Below are positions 1 to 9,222 of a stretch of DNA of 47,614 nucleotides, piece by piece. The stretch's first letter is position 1; each line of letters opens with the position of its first letter. Under the pieces are notes generated by a model. It was given only the letters and a program-made list of their open reading frames with translations, had not been told where the DNA came from and made no database searches. A program made the translations under genes and the position numbers. Origin of the DNA: Hyphomicrobiales bacterium (lineage in GTDB: Bacteria; Pseudomonadota; Alphaproteobacteria; Rhizobiales; Rhizobiaceae); assembly GCA_024224595.1 (NCBI GenBank), contig JAAENI010000898.1:1-47614 (forward strand), written 5' to 3'.

Positions 1-2227
1 AATTCAAAATTGCACGAACCAAAGCGGCAGCTTGCGTATTTTTTTCGACAACAAAAGAAAAATCCCGACGTACAGCCTGCAGGCTTGATACAATGAGCGG
101 TGATTTGGTTTTGGTTGCCTTTTTGCGCGGCTGTGGGATAGCATCAAGCCAGACTTCAAAACCGCATATGGGACCGCTCACATCAACCGCTTCCAGGGTC
201 AATGGATGGATCTCGCCAAATGTTGCCAGAATGAGTTTAGGCCCCAGTTGTATTGTGCCTGAACGACCGGGGTGATACCAGTGAGGTCCACCGGCAACGA
301 TCTGTACATTTGATGCATCCATGCCACAGGCTTCCAATACTGCCAGTGCATCTGCCTTGGCATCAAACACACCCACAGTACCGGCATTATTTTGCCAGTT
401 GCGCCCCGCCCCAATCAGCCCGGCTGTGCCACGGCGTATACCGCCAGCGCAACGTTTTTGACCTTCAGGCTCATCATTGTCGAAGACACCGCCCACCTCG
501 AACAGGGCAACATTGCCATTGCCGCGATCGGCGTTTCGACCGGCAGCATTCATCAGATTTGGCAATAAGGAAGGCCGCATGTCACTCATATCCGATGATA
601 TTGGATTGGCCAGTGCCAGTTCATCAGAACCGCCATCAAAGTGATCACTAAGATTTTTTGATATGAAACTCCAGGTTACCGCTTCCATCATACCGCGTGC
701 GGCTAGCGTACGTTGCGCTCTTTGCACCCGCAATTGACCGGTTGTGAGTATTTTTTTGCCAATTGAATTAAGGGTAGCCAATGGCTGGGGTTCAATATTG
801 TTGATGCCATGGATGCGCATCACTTCTTCAACCAGGTCAGCCTTACCCTCAACATCGGGGCGCCAGGATGGGACTTTGACATTAATGGTTTCTTTATTGC
901 CGCCGGCATCGGTAGCTTTGTTTTCAAACCCCAGACGATTGAGGATGTCTCCAATTTCAGTCGTTGAGAGTTCAATACCGGTCAGACGCTTTACTTCGGA
1001 AACGGGGAAATCAATTTCGAGATTGCGAACAGGAACTTCTCCGGCAATTATTGCATTTGATGGCGTTCCTCCGCAAAGCTCAATTACCAGGTTGGTGGCA
1101 TGGTCAAGTCCAGGCTGCATAAATAAAGGATCAACACCGCGTTCGAAACGGTAACGGGCATCTGTTATGATTCCCAGATCACGTCCGGTGCGGGCAATAT
1201 TCAACGGTTCCCATAAGGCCGATTCTACCAGCACATTGACAGTCTCATCAGAACAACCGGATTTTTCGCCACCCATGACACCGGCCAGTGATTCGACGCC
1301 ATTGTCATCGGCAATGACGCAATTATCCGAACCAAGTTTGTAAGTCTTTCCATCCAGTGCCAAAACTTCTTCACCTGAATTAGCGCGACGAACAACGAGA
1401 TTTCCGGCAACTTTGTCGGCATCAAACACGTGCAGTGGTCTGCCCAAATCAAATGTTACATAATTGGTGATGTCGACCAGTGCGGAAATGGGCCTGAGGC
1501 CGATGGCCAGAAGTCGGCGTTGCATCCATTTAGGTGAGGGGCGGTTCTTTACGCCTTTGACATAGCGAAGGCCGAAAGCCGGGCAAAGGCTTTCGCCTTC
1601 AAACTGGAGTTTTACCTCAACCGGGCAATCAAATTTACCTGCTGGTTCCGGGATTGATGTTGTTTTAACCTTACCAAGCCCATAGGCTTCAAGATCACGC
1701 GCAATCCCGGCAACACTCAATGCATCAGGCCGGTTTGGGGTAATGCCGATTTCAATTACCGGATCATCAAGACCTGCATATTGGGCAAAAGACTGCCCAA
1801 CAGGTGCGTCTTTATCCAGATCAATGATACCATCATGCTCATCCGACATATTGAGTTCACGTTCTGAACACATCATGCCATGGCTCTCAACACCGCGGAT
1901 ATTTCCAACAGACAACGTCACATCAATGCCGGGTACATAGGTGCCGGGACCAGCGAATGCGCCAATCAATCCGGTTTTGGCATTGGGAGCGCCACACACA
2001 ACCTGAATTAGATTTCCATCACCCTTGTCGACTTTCAATACACGCAGGCGATCAGCGTCAGGATGTTGTTCGGCACTTACGACTTTGGCGATGGTAAAAG
2101 GCTTGTACTGGGCGCGATCGTCTACTTCTTCGACTTCCAGGCCAATCATCGTCAAGGCCTCGACAATTTCATCAAGCGTCGCTTCAGTGTCCAGATGGTC
2201 TTTTAACCAGGAGAGTGTGAATTTCAT
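1..2227 (-). CDS. pheT: phenylalanine--tRNA ligase beta subunit (3'-partial, runs off window start)
   Basis: My translation of the minus strand from ATG 2227-2225 gives [37 protein letters not shown]...[19 protein letters not shown], a PheT N-terminus with its tRNA-binding domain. The frame is still open at base 1 (...[19 protein letters not shown]). It lies 36 nt downstream of pheS. It is absent from the ORF track because it runs off the window edge. Confidence 0.9.
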   Translation of the reverse strand, partial: MKFTLSWLKDHLDTEATLDEIVEALTMIGLEVEEVDDRAQYKPFTIAKVVSAEQHPDADRLRVLKVDKGDGNLIQVVCGAPNAKTGLIGAFAGPGTYVPGIDVTLSVGNIRGVESHGMMCSERELNMSDEHDGIIDLDKDAPVGQSFAQYAGLDDPVIEIGITPNRPDALSVAGIARDLEAYGLGKVKTTSIPEPAGKFDCPVEVKLQFEGESLCPAFGLRYVKGVKNRPSPKWMQRRLLAIGLRPISALVDITNYVTFDLGRPLHVFDADKVAGNLVVRRANSGEEVLALDGKTYKLGSDNCVIADDNGVESLAGVMGGEKSGCSDETVNVLVESALWEPLNIARTGRDLGIITDARYRFERGVDPLFMQPGLDHATNLVIELCGGTPSNAIIAGEVPVRNLEIDFPVSEVKRLTGIELSTTEIGDILNRLGFENKATDAGGNKETINVKVPSWRPDVEGKADLVEEVMRIHGINNIEPQPLATLNSIGKKILTTGQLRVQRAQRTLAARGMMEAVTWSFISKNLSDHFDGGSDELALANPISSDMSDMRPSLLPNLMNAAGRNADRGNGNVALFEVGGVFDNDEPEGQKRCAGGIRRGTAGLIGAGRNWQNNAGTVGVFDAKADALAVLEACGMDASNVQIVAGGPHWYHPGRSGTIQLGPKLILATFGEIHPLTLEAVDVSGPICGFEVWLDAIPQPRKKATKTKSPLIVSSLQAVRRDFSFVVEKNTQAAALVRAILN

Positions 2228-2263
2228 GATCGATTGTTCCTAAGAAGCATTCTTGAATTGTTT

Positions 2264-3346
2264 TTAAGCACTTAATCCGCCAAACAAAGTTGGCAGATCG
2301 AGAGGTCTAAATCCATAATGGGAAAGCCAGCGTACGTCGGCATCAAAGAATGCTCGCAGGTCCGGCATGCCGTATTTCAGCATGGCCAGACGGTCGATGC
2401 CGATACCCCAGGCAAATCCCTGATAGATATCCGGGTCCAGGCCGGAGCCACGCAGAACATTGGGGTGCACCATACCGCATCCCAGTATTTCCATCCAGTC
2501 ACTACCTTCACCAAAACGCACTTCACTGCCGGAGCGATCACATTGAATATCGAGTTCCAGTGAGGGTTCTGTGAATGGAAAGAATGATGGGCGAAATCGC
2601 ATTCCCAGTTGATCGACTTCAAAAAATGTTTTGCAAAACTCTTCCAGCACCCACTTTAGATTGGCAATATTGGTCGTTTTATCAATAACCAGACCTTCGA
2701 GTTGGTGAAACATCGGTGTATGGGTTGTGTCGCTGTCACAGCGATAAGTCTTTCCGGGAATGATAATACGGATCGGGGGTTCCTGGACCTCCATGGTTCT
2801 GATTTGAACCGGAGAAGTGTGAGTGCGCAGCAGCTTGGTTGTGCCGTTCTGTTTTTCGTTAAAGAAAAAGGTGTCATGCATTTCGCGTGCGGGGTGGCCT
2901 TCGGGGAAGTTCAAAGCGGTGAAATTGTAATAGTCAGTTTCAATTTCAGGGCCTTCAGCAACATTAAAACCCATATCGGCAAAAATAGCCGATATTTCGT
3001 CTTTAACCTGCGTAATCGGATGAATTCGTCCAGTCAGTGCGGGTGATGGTCGGGTCGGTAATGTGACATCGACAGCTTCATTTTTTAATCGTGCTGCTAT
3101 TGCTGCATGGCCCAGTATAATTTTTCGAGCGGCTATTTTGTCGGCTATATGTGATTTCAATCCATTGAGCGCGGGACCTGCTTCTTTTCTCTCCTCAGGC
3201 GTCATCTGGCCAAGGGTTTTCATTTTGGCTGAGATCGAACCCTTTTTACCTAAACTGGCAACGCGTACCATTTCAAGCGCTGTCTCATCTGCAGCATTTT
3301 CGATTTGAGCAAGAATATCTTTCTCAAGCGTTTTTATGTCTGACAT
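2264..3346 (-). CDS. pheS: phenylalanine--tRNA ligase alpha subunit
   Basis: This is track ORF 2264..3364, whose listed start is TTG. ATG at 3346 ([10 protein letters not shown]...) is preferred. Class II aaRS signatures are present: ...[15 protein letters not shown]..., ...[12 protein letters not shown]..., [10 protein letters not shown]. Confidence 0.93.
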   Translation of the reverse strand: MSDIKTLEKDILAQIENAADETALEMVRVASLGKKGSISAKMKTLGQMTPEERKEAGPALNGLKSHIADKIAARKIILGHAAIAARLKNEAVDVTLPTRPSPALTGRIHPITQVKDEISAIFADMGFNVAEGPEIETDYYNFTALNFPEGHPAREMHDTFFFNEKQNGTTKLLRTHTSPVQIRTMEVQEPPIRIIIPGKTYRCDSDTTHTPMFHQLEGLVIDKTTNIANLKWVLEEFCKTFFEVDQLGMRFRPSFFPFTEPSLELDIQCDRSGSEVRFGEGSDWMEILGCGMVHPNVLRGSGLDPDIYQGFAWGIGIDRLAMLKYGMPDLRAFFDADVRWLSHYGFRPLDLPTLFGGLSA

Positions 3347-3440
3347 GTTACCCAATTTCCCCAAATACTAATGTCTGCAGGTCAACTCGAATTTTTCATG
3401 CTTTCCAATCAATTGGCTTAAATACCAAACGGAAAGGATC

Positions 3441-3480
3441 TAAACAAAAACCCGCACTGACCTTTTGGCCAGCACGGGTT
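3441..3480 (-). terminator. rho-independent terminator downstream of rplT
   Basis: The minus-strand hairpin AACCCGUGCUGGCC-AAAA-GGUCAGUGCGGGUU forms 14 bp including G-U pairs. It is followed by UUUUUGUUU and lies about 40 nt after the rplT stop. Confidence 0.6.
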
Positions 3481-3518
3481 CCCAATAATTCTTAATCTAT
3501 GCCGGGAAGCGCGCCTGC

Positions 3519-3920
3519 CTATTGGACAGCGGCCTCAAAAGCACCCGGTGTAGTGTCCTTTAAATATGCAAGTGCATCTTTAGCTTTGCCAACTAAAGCT
3601 GCAAATGCTTCAGGCTGATGAATAGCCAGATCAGACATTACCTTGCGGTCAACTTCGATTCCAGCCTTGGTCAGGCCATCAATCAATCGACCATAAGTCA
3701 AACCGTGCTCCCGGGCACCAGCGTTGATACGCTGAATCCACAAAGAGCGGAAATTACGCTTGCGGACCTTGCGGTCGCGATAGGCGTATTGCGCTGCTTT
3801 TTCGACAGCTTGTTTAGCAACGCGAATTGTATTTTTGCGTCGGCCATAATAGCCTTTGGCTTTCTTGATTACTTTTTTATGTTTGGCGTGGGCGGTAACG
3901 CCGCGTTTTACACGTGCCAT
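3519..3920 (-). CDS. rplT: 50S ribosomal protein L20
   Basis: The 133-aa ORF reads [17 protein letters not shown]...[23 protein letters not shown], an L20 signature. Confidence 0.97.
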   Translation of the reverse strand: MARVKRGVTAHAKHKKVIKKAKGYYGRRKNTIRVAKQAVEKAAQYAYRDRKVRKRNFRSLWIQRINAGAREHGLTYGRLIDGLTKAGIEVDRKVMSDLAIHQPEAFAALVGKAKDALAYLKDTTPGAFEAAVQ

Positions 3921-3987
3921 GATCTTTTACCTTTGGAATAACTTGGGCTTGATATTTTACAAATAACTTTGCTGTGAAAATATGTGA

Positions 3988-4185
3988 TTAGCCGTAAGGG
4001 AGGAATTTTTTGACAATACGAGCATCTGCATCACAAAGCGTGGTAGTACCACGGTTTTGGCGGATGAACTTGTTTGACCTTTTGATCATGCCATGCTGTT
4101 TACCTGCCTGAGAGGCCTTAACCTTGCCCGAAGCAGTTAATTTGAAGCGTTTTTTGGCGCTTGATTTGGTCTTCATTTTGGGCAT
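3988..4185 (-). CDS. rpmI: 50S ribosomal protein L35
   Basis: The 65-aa ORF reads [23 protein letters not shown]..., an L35 signature. An SD-like AAAGGAAA lies upstream. Confidence 0.97.
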   Translation of the reverse strand: MPKMKTKSSAKKRFKLTASGKVKASQAGKQHGMIKRSNKFIRQNRGTTTLCDADARIVKKFLPYG

Positions 4186-4257
4186 TTGCGTTTCCTTTCA
4201 AATGGGCCGGGCAGGAGGAAAACCGGTGCGAACACCTTTTATTTCCACCTTTCACCG

Positions 4258-4299
4258 GTAAAAATCAAAAGCCCCGCCGACCTTTAAGCGCGGAGCTTT
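4258..4299 (-). terminator. terminator-like hairpin inside the infC-rpmI leader (possible attenuator)
   Basis: The minus-strand stem AAAGCUCCGC / GCGGGGCUUU (10 bp, one G-U) is followed by UUGAUUUUU, about 70 nt upstream of the rpmI ATG. A second hairpin ACCGGUG/CACCGGU follows at 4222-4259. A UUUCCUCC tract (4211-4222) is complementary to the rpmI SD (4191-4198). Confidence 0.45.
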
Positions 4300-4424
4300 T
4301 CGCTATACAATCCAGACATGGCATGCCCTGCCAGCCGATTGAACTGGCGCGTTATAACGCCAGTGTTGGTGTTTCGCAAGTCAGAAATCGCAAATTACTA
4401 TCATTATTGCGATAAAAACCAATA

Positions 4425-4964
4425 TTATTTTGCAGGTGAAATGACCATCATCATCTGACGGCCCTCCAGCTTTGGTTCTGCATCAACTTTGGCAATTTTG
4501 TCAGTGTCTTCTTTGACTTTTTGCAGCAGTTGCATACCCAGTTCCTGGTGGGCCATTTCACGTCCACGAAAACGCAAAGTCACTTTAACCTTGTCACCTT
4601 CACCGATAAATTTGCTGATCGAACGCATTTTAACGTCATAATCATGCGTATCGATATTGGGGCGCATTTTGATTTCTTTGACGTCCTGGGTCTTTTGTTT
4701 CTTGCGTGCTTCTGCAGCCTTTTTCTGGGCTTCGTATTTATACTTGCCCAAATCGAGGATTTTACAGATTGGTGGTTTGTTGTTGGGTGATATCTCAACC
4801 AGGTCAAGACCATGGTCTTTCGCTAGATCGATGGCATCAGCTATTGCTACTATGCCTTTGTTGTCTCCGTCAGCATCAATTAGCTGAACTTCCTCTACAT
4901 CGATATCTGAATTGGCTCTAGGGCCTTTCTTTCTTTGCGCTTGCGCTCTATGTGGACGGCGAAT
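4425..4964 (-). CDS. infC: translation initiation factor IF-3, non-canonical ATT (AUU) start
   Basis: Track ORF 4425..4751 begins at an internal Met. The same frame is open upstream and reads (I)[77 protein letters not shown], the IF-3 N-domain. There is no ATG/GTG/TTG in this stretch. ATT at 4964-4962 sits 9 nt after AGAGGAG. Confidence 0.88.
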   Translation of the reverse strand: MRRPHRAQAQRKKGPRANSDIDVEEVQLIDADGDNKGIVAIADAIDLAKDHGLDLVEISPNNKPPICKILDLGKYKYEAQKKAAEARKKQKTQDVKEIKMRPNIDTHDYDVKMRSISKFIGEGDKVKVTLRFRGREMAHQELGMQLLQKVKEDTDKIAKVDAEPKLEGRQMMMVISPAK

Positions 4965-5096
4965 GGTCGTAGGCTCCTCTAATATTTAAAAATAAGTGAC
5001 AGCAAAATTGCTACCGCAGTTCATTAGCATGATTCATATAGTGAAGTCATCCGAAATTGACATTCTTTGTTACATGAATATTGATGTTTCCAGATA

Positions 5097-5888
5097 ATGG
5101 AGAAAATATGCATGAATCCGACATTTTTACCTGTTGGGCAAGGTTCAGACACCCGAAAAATTGCAGTGCGAAAGACCGATGAAACCAGCAAAGGAGGCAT
5201 TGGACTGGTGTGGCTGGGGGGATATCGTTCAGATATGCTGGGAAGCAAAGCAGATGCACTGGATCGTTGGGCAATTGAAAATGGCAGCGCATGCTGTCGT
5301 CATGATTATTCAGGACACGGAGAATCTGAAGGAAATTTTGTAGAAGGCACGATTTCCAGATGGGTGGCAGAAAGTCTTGCTGTATTTGACCGGTTTACAG
5401 ACGGACCACAAATACTGGTGGGGTCTTCCATGGGAGCCTGGGTAGCACTCAGAATGGTTCAAATGCTGGTTGAAAGCGGAGAAGGTGATCGTGTGGGTGG
5501 GTTGTTGTTACTGGCTCCTGCGCCTGATTTCACCCATGAATTGATGATGCCGCAATTGAGTGAAGAACATAAAAACCAGTTGGAGAATCTTGGGTTTATG
5601 GAAGAACCATCTCAATATTCGGATGAACCAAATATCTTTACCAGGGCGCTGTTTGAAGATGGTGAAAAAAATCGAGTCATGAAAGGCTTAATTGAAACCG
5701 GATGCCCTGTGCACATAATTCAGGGCATGACAGATGAAGATGTGCCCTATACTCATGCATTGAAATTGGTCAATTTTTTGCCATCTGAAAATGTCACGAT
5801 TACTCTGGTCAAAGATGGCGATCACCGTTTATCGAGAGAAAGTGATATTGAACTGATCATTCGTTCTGTGGAAAATCTGGTCGGATGA
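5097..5888 (+). CDS. alpha/beta-fold hydrolase, function unassigned
   Basis: The ORF is 263 aa. It carries the nucleophile elbow GSSMGAW and a C-terminal ...KDGDHRL His motif. Confidence 0.75.
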   Translation: MEKICMNPTFLPVGQGSDTRKIAVRKTDETSKGGIGLVWLGGYRSDMLGSKADALDRWAIENGSACCRHDYSGHGESEGNFVEGTISRWVAESLAVFDRFTDGPQILVGSSMGAWVALRMVQMLVESGEGDRVGGLLLLAPAPDFTHELMMPQLSEEHKNQLENLGFMEEPSQYSDEPNIFTRALFEDGEKNRVMKGLIETGCPVHIIQGMTDEDVPYTHALKLVNFLPSENVTITLVKDGDHRLSRESDIELIIRSVENLVG

Positions 5889-5903
5889 ACGAAAATATGG
5901 TAA

Positions 5904-6605
5904 TTGGCTTTATTTTTTCTGAAGCCATCTGACATAAGAGTTTTAGCAATCGAATCTAAATTTGTTTATGATCCACCAGATCAGGCGATCAACATCATCC
6001 ATAGTGATGATCATATTCTGCTGGTGGAAAAACCGGCGGGGCTTTTGAGCGTTCCGGGAAAGCCGGACAATCATAAAGACTGCCTGGAGAGCAGAATTCA
6101 GGCCAAATTCCCTGAAGCAAGAATCGTACACCGACTGGATATGGCGACTTCGGGGATTATGGTATTGGCAATGAGCGCCACTGCGCATCGCCATCTTGGT
6201 TTGCAGTTCGAACGGCGACATATAAACAAGAAGTACATGGCCAAGGTTTGGGGCGTGATCGGTGAAGAGCATGGCGTAGTTGAATTGCCTTTGCGATGTG
6301 ACTGGCCAAACCGCCCTTTGCAAATGGTTGATTTTGAACTTGGAAAATCCGCTCTAACGCATTGGCAGGTTTTGGAACGTAATGAAAAATCAACAAAGTT
6401 GCTATTACACCCAAAAACCGGCCGTTCTCATCAGTTGCGTGTCCATATGCAGCAAATTGGCCATCCAATTCTTGGTGATGTGTTTTATGCCCATGAGGAT
6501 GCATTGAAGGCAGCAAACCGCCTGATGTTGCACGCCCAGAGCCTGGAATTATTTCACCCTAATGGCGGGCGAAGCTGTAATTTTAATGTTCAGGCACCAT
6601 TTTAG
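5904..6605 (+). CDS. RluA-family RNA pseudouridine synthase
   Basis: The ORF is 233 aa. It contains ...LLVEKPAGLLSVPG... and the catalytic motif HRLDMATSGIMVLA. The track start is TTG, so the exact start is uncertain. Confidence 0.85.
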   Translation: MALFFLKPSDIRVLAIESKFVYDPPDQAINIIHSDDHILLVEKPAGLLSVPGKPDNHKDCLESRIQAKFPEARIVHRLDMATSGIMVLAMSATAHRHLGLQFERRHINKKYMAKVWGVIGEEHGVVELPLRCDWPNRPLQMVDFELGKSALTHWQVLERNEKSTKLLLHPKTGRSHQLRVHMQQIGHPILGDVFYAHEDALKAANRLMLHAQSLELFHPNGGRSCNFNVQAPF

Positions 6606-6684
6606 GTTCACGGCCTATGGACGACTGCGTGTCGGATGGCTGTTTGGAGCCTATATTGCCAATTCAACCTATGTCGCAGCTTGA

Positions 6685-6990
6685 ATGATTGATCGAACAA
6701 TAGATTGTAAAGGATGGCCCGGAGCGGTCATTCACAGCTTGCGCCCCATTGGTATGGCGCAGATAAGAAACACATTTGACTCTCATCGAATTATCCTGTC
6801 AGCGGCATCCAAATATGGGTAGGGTGTACTACGTCGAGCTCTCGGTTTGGCGATTCATCTTTAGCGGCTAGTACGCCAGAAAAACACCGAGGAACAAACA
6901 AGGTGAATCTATTGCCGATGCTGCAGAGATCACTGGCATTGAAAAGCCAATATCTAGCCACACGAGTAAACGAATCACTGCTCGATAAGT
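6685..6990 (+). pseudogene. 5'-truncated, frameshifted remnant of a serine recombinase (resolvase/invertase)
   Basis: My translation gives MIDRTIDCKGWPGAVIHSLRPIGMAQIRNTFDSHRIILSAASKYG*GVLRRALGLAIHL*RLVRQKNTEEQTR*. After a +1 shift it reads QGESIADAAEITGIEK.., and a further shift gives ..SQYLATRVNESLLDK*. It resembles the Hin/Tn3-resolvase C-terminal half (GAxFHSL...MSALAEMERELIxERTxAGLAAA..GRxGGRP...EQ... then the HTH G.S...IA...GIS.STLYRY). Two in-frame stops and at least two frameshifts are present, and the catalytic N-terminal domain is missing. Confidence 0.4.
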
Positions 6991-7754
6991 AACAAGCGTT
7001 TTTTGGATGTTTTCTCCCGCTTATGCTGTTTTTTTCCGATGCGGAAGGACTTTTCGACGAAATCGATATGAGCTTTTGATACCTTATCAGCTTCATCTGG
7101 GTTGCCGCTCAGGACAGCGTCGCCGATATCATGGTGCTGGCTCCGCAGTTTTTCTCCTGTGCCGTCAAGCGTTCTTAGATAGTCGCGATTGTAGAATACG
7201 CCGCGTCTGGTGAGATCATAGATGGAGGCCATCATGTGTATCAACATGGTGTTATGGCTGGCATCGACGATTGCCGAATGCAGATTGATATCGGCACGCT
7301 GTGCCGCCTCGGCGTCTTTTGCCTCGTGGGCAGCGTCTATATCCTCGATGATTTTCGAAATGGCTTCCCTGTCAGCCTGGGTGGCTCGCTCAGCTGCCAG
7401 ACGTGCCGCAAAACCTTCCTGTTCGCGGCGATATTCCAGATAGTCGTAGAAGGCAACCGGGTGTCGCGAGTAGATATCCATCAATGCTGGCGTCATCGCC
7501 TTTCCGATCAACGGTGCGATGAACGAGCCTTCGCCATGACGAACTTCCAATAATTTGCGTTCCTCCAGTTCCTTGAGGGCTTCGCGCAGTTTGGTGCGCG
7601 AGACGTTGAGCAGTTCCACCATGTCCCGTTCGGAAGGCAACTTGCGGCCCTCTTTTAATACGCCTGTCACGATCAGATCTTCTATTTGGTCGACTACTGC
7701 GTCCACAACAGAATCATGCTCAATCGGCTCGAACAAATATTTTGTAGTTTCCAT
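6975..7754 (-). CDS. GntR-family (FadR/FCD subfamily) transcriptional regulator, LldR/PdhR-like
   Basis: Track ORF 6975..7895 has an implausible N-terminal extension. ATG at 7754 gives METTKYLFEPIEHDSVVDAVVDQIEDLIVTGVLKEGRKLPSERDMVELLNVSRTKLREALKELE.., a GntR winged HTH followed by an FCD-type C-domain. It is divergent from the TRAP genes. Confidence 0.85.
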   Translation of the reverse strand: METTKYLFEPIEHDSVVDAVVDQIEDLIVTGVLKEGRKLPSERDMVELLNVSRTKLREALKELEERKLLEVRHGEGSFIAPLIGKAMTPALMDIYSRHPVAFYDYLEYRREQEGFAARLAAERATQADREAISKIIEDIDAAHEAKDAEAAQRADINLHSAIVDASHNTMLIHMMASIYDLTRRGVFYNRDYLRTLDGTGEKLRSQHHDIGDAVLSGNPDEADKVSKAHIDFVEKSFRIGKKQHKREKTSKKRLLLIEQ

Positions 7755-8004
7755 AACATGCTCTCGGAAAATTTCGACCTCAATCTGTTTGAGGTAGATA
7801 AAATAGACCATTTGAGGATCAATCAGGGTAAGCGCACCCACCGAGTGCCTCGCCAACCGTGACCCCATCATGATTTCAAATAGTAGAAAAATCATGAAAT
7901 TTCCAGAGAAAAATCAACTTATAAAGTGTTATATTTCTACGTTTACGTCACCGGGTGGAAATCCACAGCGTCAATTCTGTCTGGTCTGCACCTTGACTCT
8001 CCTT

Positions 8005-8037
8005 AATGGTATATATTATAAACCATTACCAATTGGT
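8005..8037. promoter_or_regulatory. candidate GntR operator(s) overlapping the TRAP operon promoter
   Basis: The inverted repeat AATGGT-N11-ACCATT (8005-8027) is followed immediately by the perfect palindrome ACCAATTGGT (8028-8037). The half-sites resemble PdhR/LldR boxes (ATTGGT..ACCAAT). They overlap a TTGACT (7993-7998) / TATAAA-like (8017-8022) promoter upstream of the binding-protein gene. Confidence 0.35.
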
Positions 8038-8100
8038 GTGAAAACCCCACATCAATCAGAGTCGCCGCAAAGGTGCGGTGGCGTTCAACTGGAGGATTCC

Positions 8101-9153
8101 ATGAATAAATCGCTTATCAATCTGGCGCTAGCTGCTGCCGTCACTCTTGCAGCTCCGGCAGCCTTGGCAGCCGACAAACTACTGCTAAAAACACCAATCG
8201 CGTTCTCGACCTCGCTGCCCGGTTTGGGATCACCCATTCCGCGGGTGGCGAAGCAACTGGCGCTGATGTCGAGCGGCTCGCTCAAGATGAAAGTTTATGA
8301 GCCGGGCAAACTCGTCAAGCCGTTTGAAATTCTCGGCGCCGTTTCATCCGGCAAGATTAATTCCGGTTACACAACGGCCGGCTACTGGGCTGGTAAAATC
8401 CCAGCTTCGCCCTTGTTCTCTGCCGTTCCTTTTGGTCCGGAGGCCGGTGAATATATGGCTTGGCTTTATTATGGAAACGGCTTGAAACTCTATCAGGAAA
8501 TGTACGATTCTGCCGGCTTCAACGTCCACGTCATCCCTTGCGCGATCATCGCTCCGGAGACTTCGGGTTGGTTCGCTAAAGAAATCAACTCGGCTGCTGA
8601 CCTGAATGGTCTGAAGATGCGTTTCTTCGGCATGGGCGGAAAAGTTATGCAGAAACTGGGTGTTGCAACCTCTCTGCTGCCTGGCGGCGAAATCTTTGCT
8701 GCGCTTGAAAAGGGCGCCATCGACGCGACCGAGTTTTCCATGCCGGCAATCGACGCCCGCCTTGGCTTCCACAAGTTGGTTAAATTCAACTATTTCCCGG
8801 GCTGGCATCAGCAGGCAACTGTGTTTGAATTGCTGGTCAACAAGGATGTGTGGAACAAGGCTTCGGATGCCCATAAGGCGATCATCAACAATGCCTGCAA
8901 GGCCTCAATGACCGACAGCTTTGCTGAAGGCGAAGCTATCCAGCACGACGCTCTGATCGACAATGTCGAAAACAATGGTGTGACGATCAAAAAGTGGTCG
9001 CCGAAAATGCTGAAGCTGTTCAAGGACACTTGGGCAGAGGTTGCAGTAGAGGAATCGGCTGACCCGTTCTTCAAGAAAGTACTCGATGACATGAACGCTT
9101 TCCGTGATGGTTATGCGCTCTGGAAAACTAATGCCTTCCTCCCAAGGCACTAA
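8101..9153 (+). CDS. TRAP transporter substrate-binding protein (DctP family, TakP-like)
   Basis: Track ORF starts at 7870. ATG 8101 follows GGAGG (8091-8095) and opens with a signal peptide MNKSLINLALAAAVTLAAPAALAADK. The mature part (...GYTTAGYWAGKIPASPLFSAVPFGPEAGEYMAWLYYGNGLKLYQEMY...) resembles the alpha-keto-acid-binding TakP branch. Confidence 0.87.
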   Translation: MNKSLINLALAAAVTLAAPAALAADKLLLKTPIAFSTSLPGLGSPIPRVAKQLALMSSGSLKMKVYEPGKLVKPFEILGAVSSGKINSGYTTAGYWAGKIPASPLFSAVPFGPEAGEYMAWLYYGNGLKLYQEMYDSAGFNVHVIPCAIIAPETSGWFAKEINSAADLNGLKMRFFGMGGKVMQKLGVATSLLPGGEIFAALEKGAIDATEFSMPAIDARLGFHKLVKFNYFPGWHQQATVFELLVNKDVWNKASDAHKAIINNACKASMTDSFAEGEAIQHDALIDNVENNGVTIKKWSPKMLKLFKDTWAEVAVEESADPFFKKVLDDMNAFRDGYALWKTNAFLPRH

Positions 9154-9222
9154 ACGTACAAGATGCGGGGCGGCGCATGAATGCCGCCTCGTTTTTCAAA
9201 ACTTCACCGGAGGATCAATCAA

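Noticed and set aside
93-2243. Plus-strand ORFs of 60-136 aa (93..275, 253..651, 744..1154, 1743..1940, 2025..2243) and the minus ORF 1225..1452.
   Set aside because: All lie inside or antisense to the strongly PheT-like minus-strand frame. They have low-complexity or Arg/Ser/Pro-rich composition and no recognisable motifs. They are typical shadow ORFs.
4387-4413. Inverted repeat ATCGCAA-N13-TTGCGAT after infC whose loop (ATAATGATAGTAAT) resembles a Fur box (about 13/17).
   Set aside because: Its location between translation-factor and ribosomal genes gives no rationale for Fur control, and the match is partial. It is more simply an RNA hairpin of the infC-rpmI spacer.
7755-8100. Long N-terminal extensions of the GntR ORF (to 7895) and of the TRAP binding-protein ORF (from 7870), which would overlap each other.
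   Set aside because: The extensions lack family features. The internal ATGs (7754; 8101 with GGAGG and a signal peptide) give canonical N-termini. The interval is better explained as a divergent promoter region.
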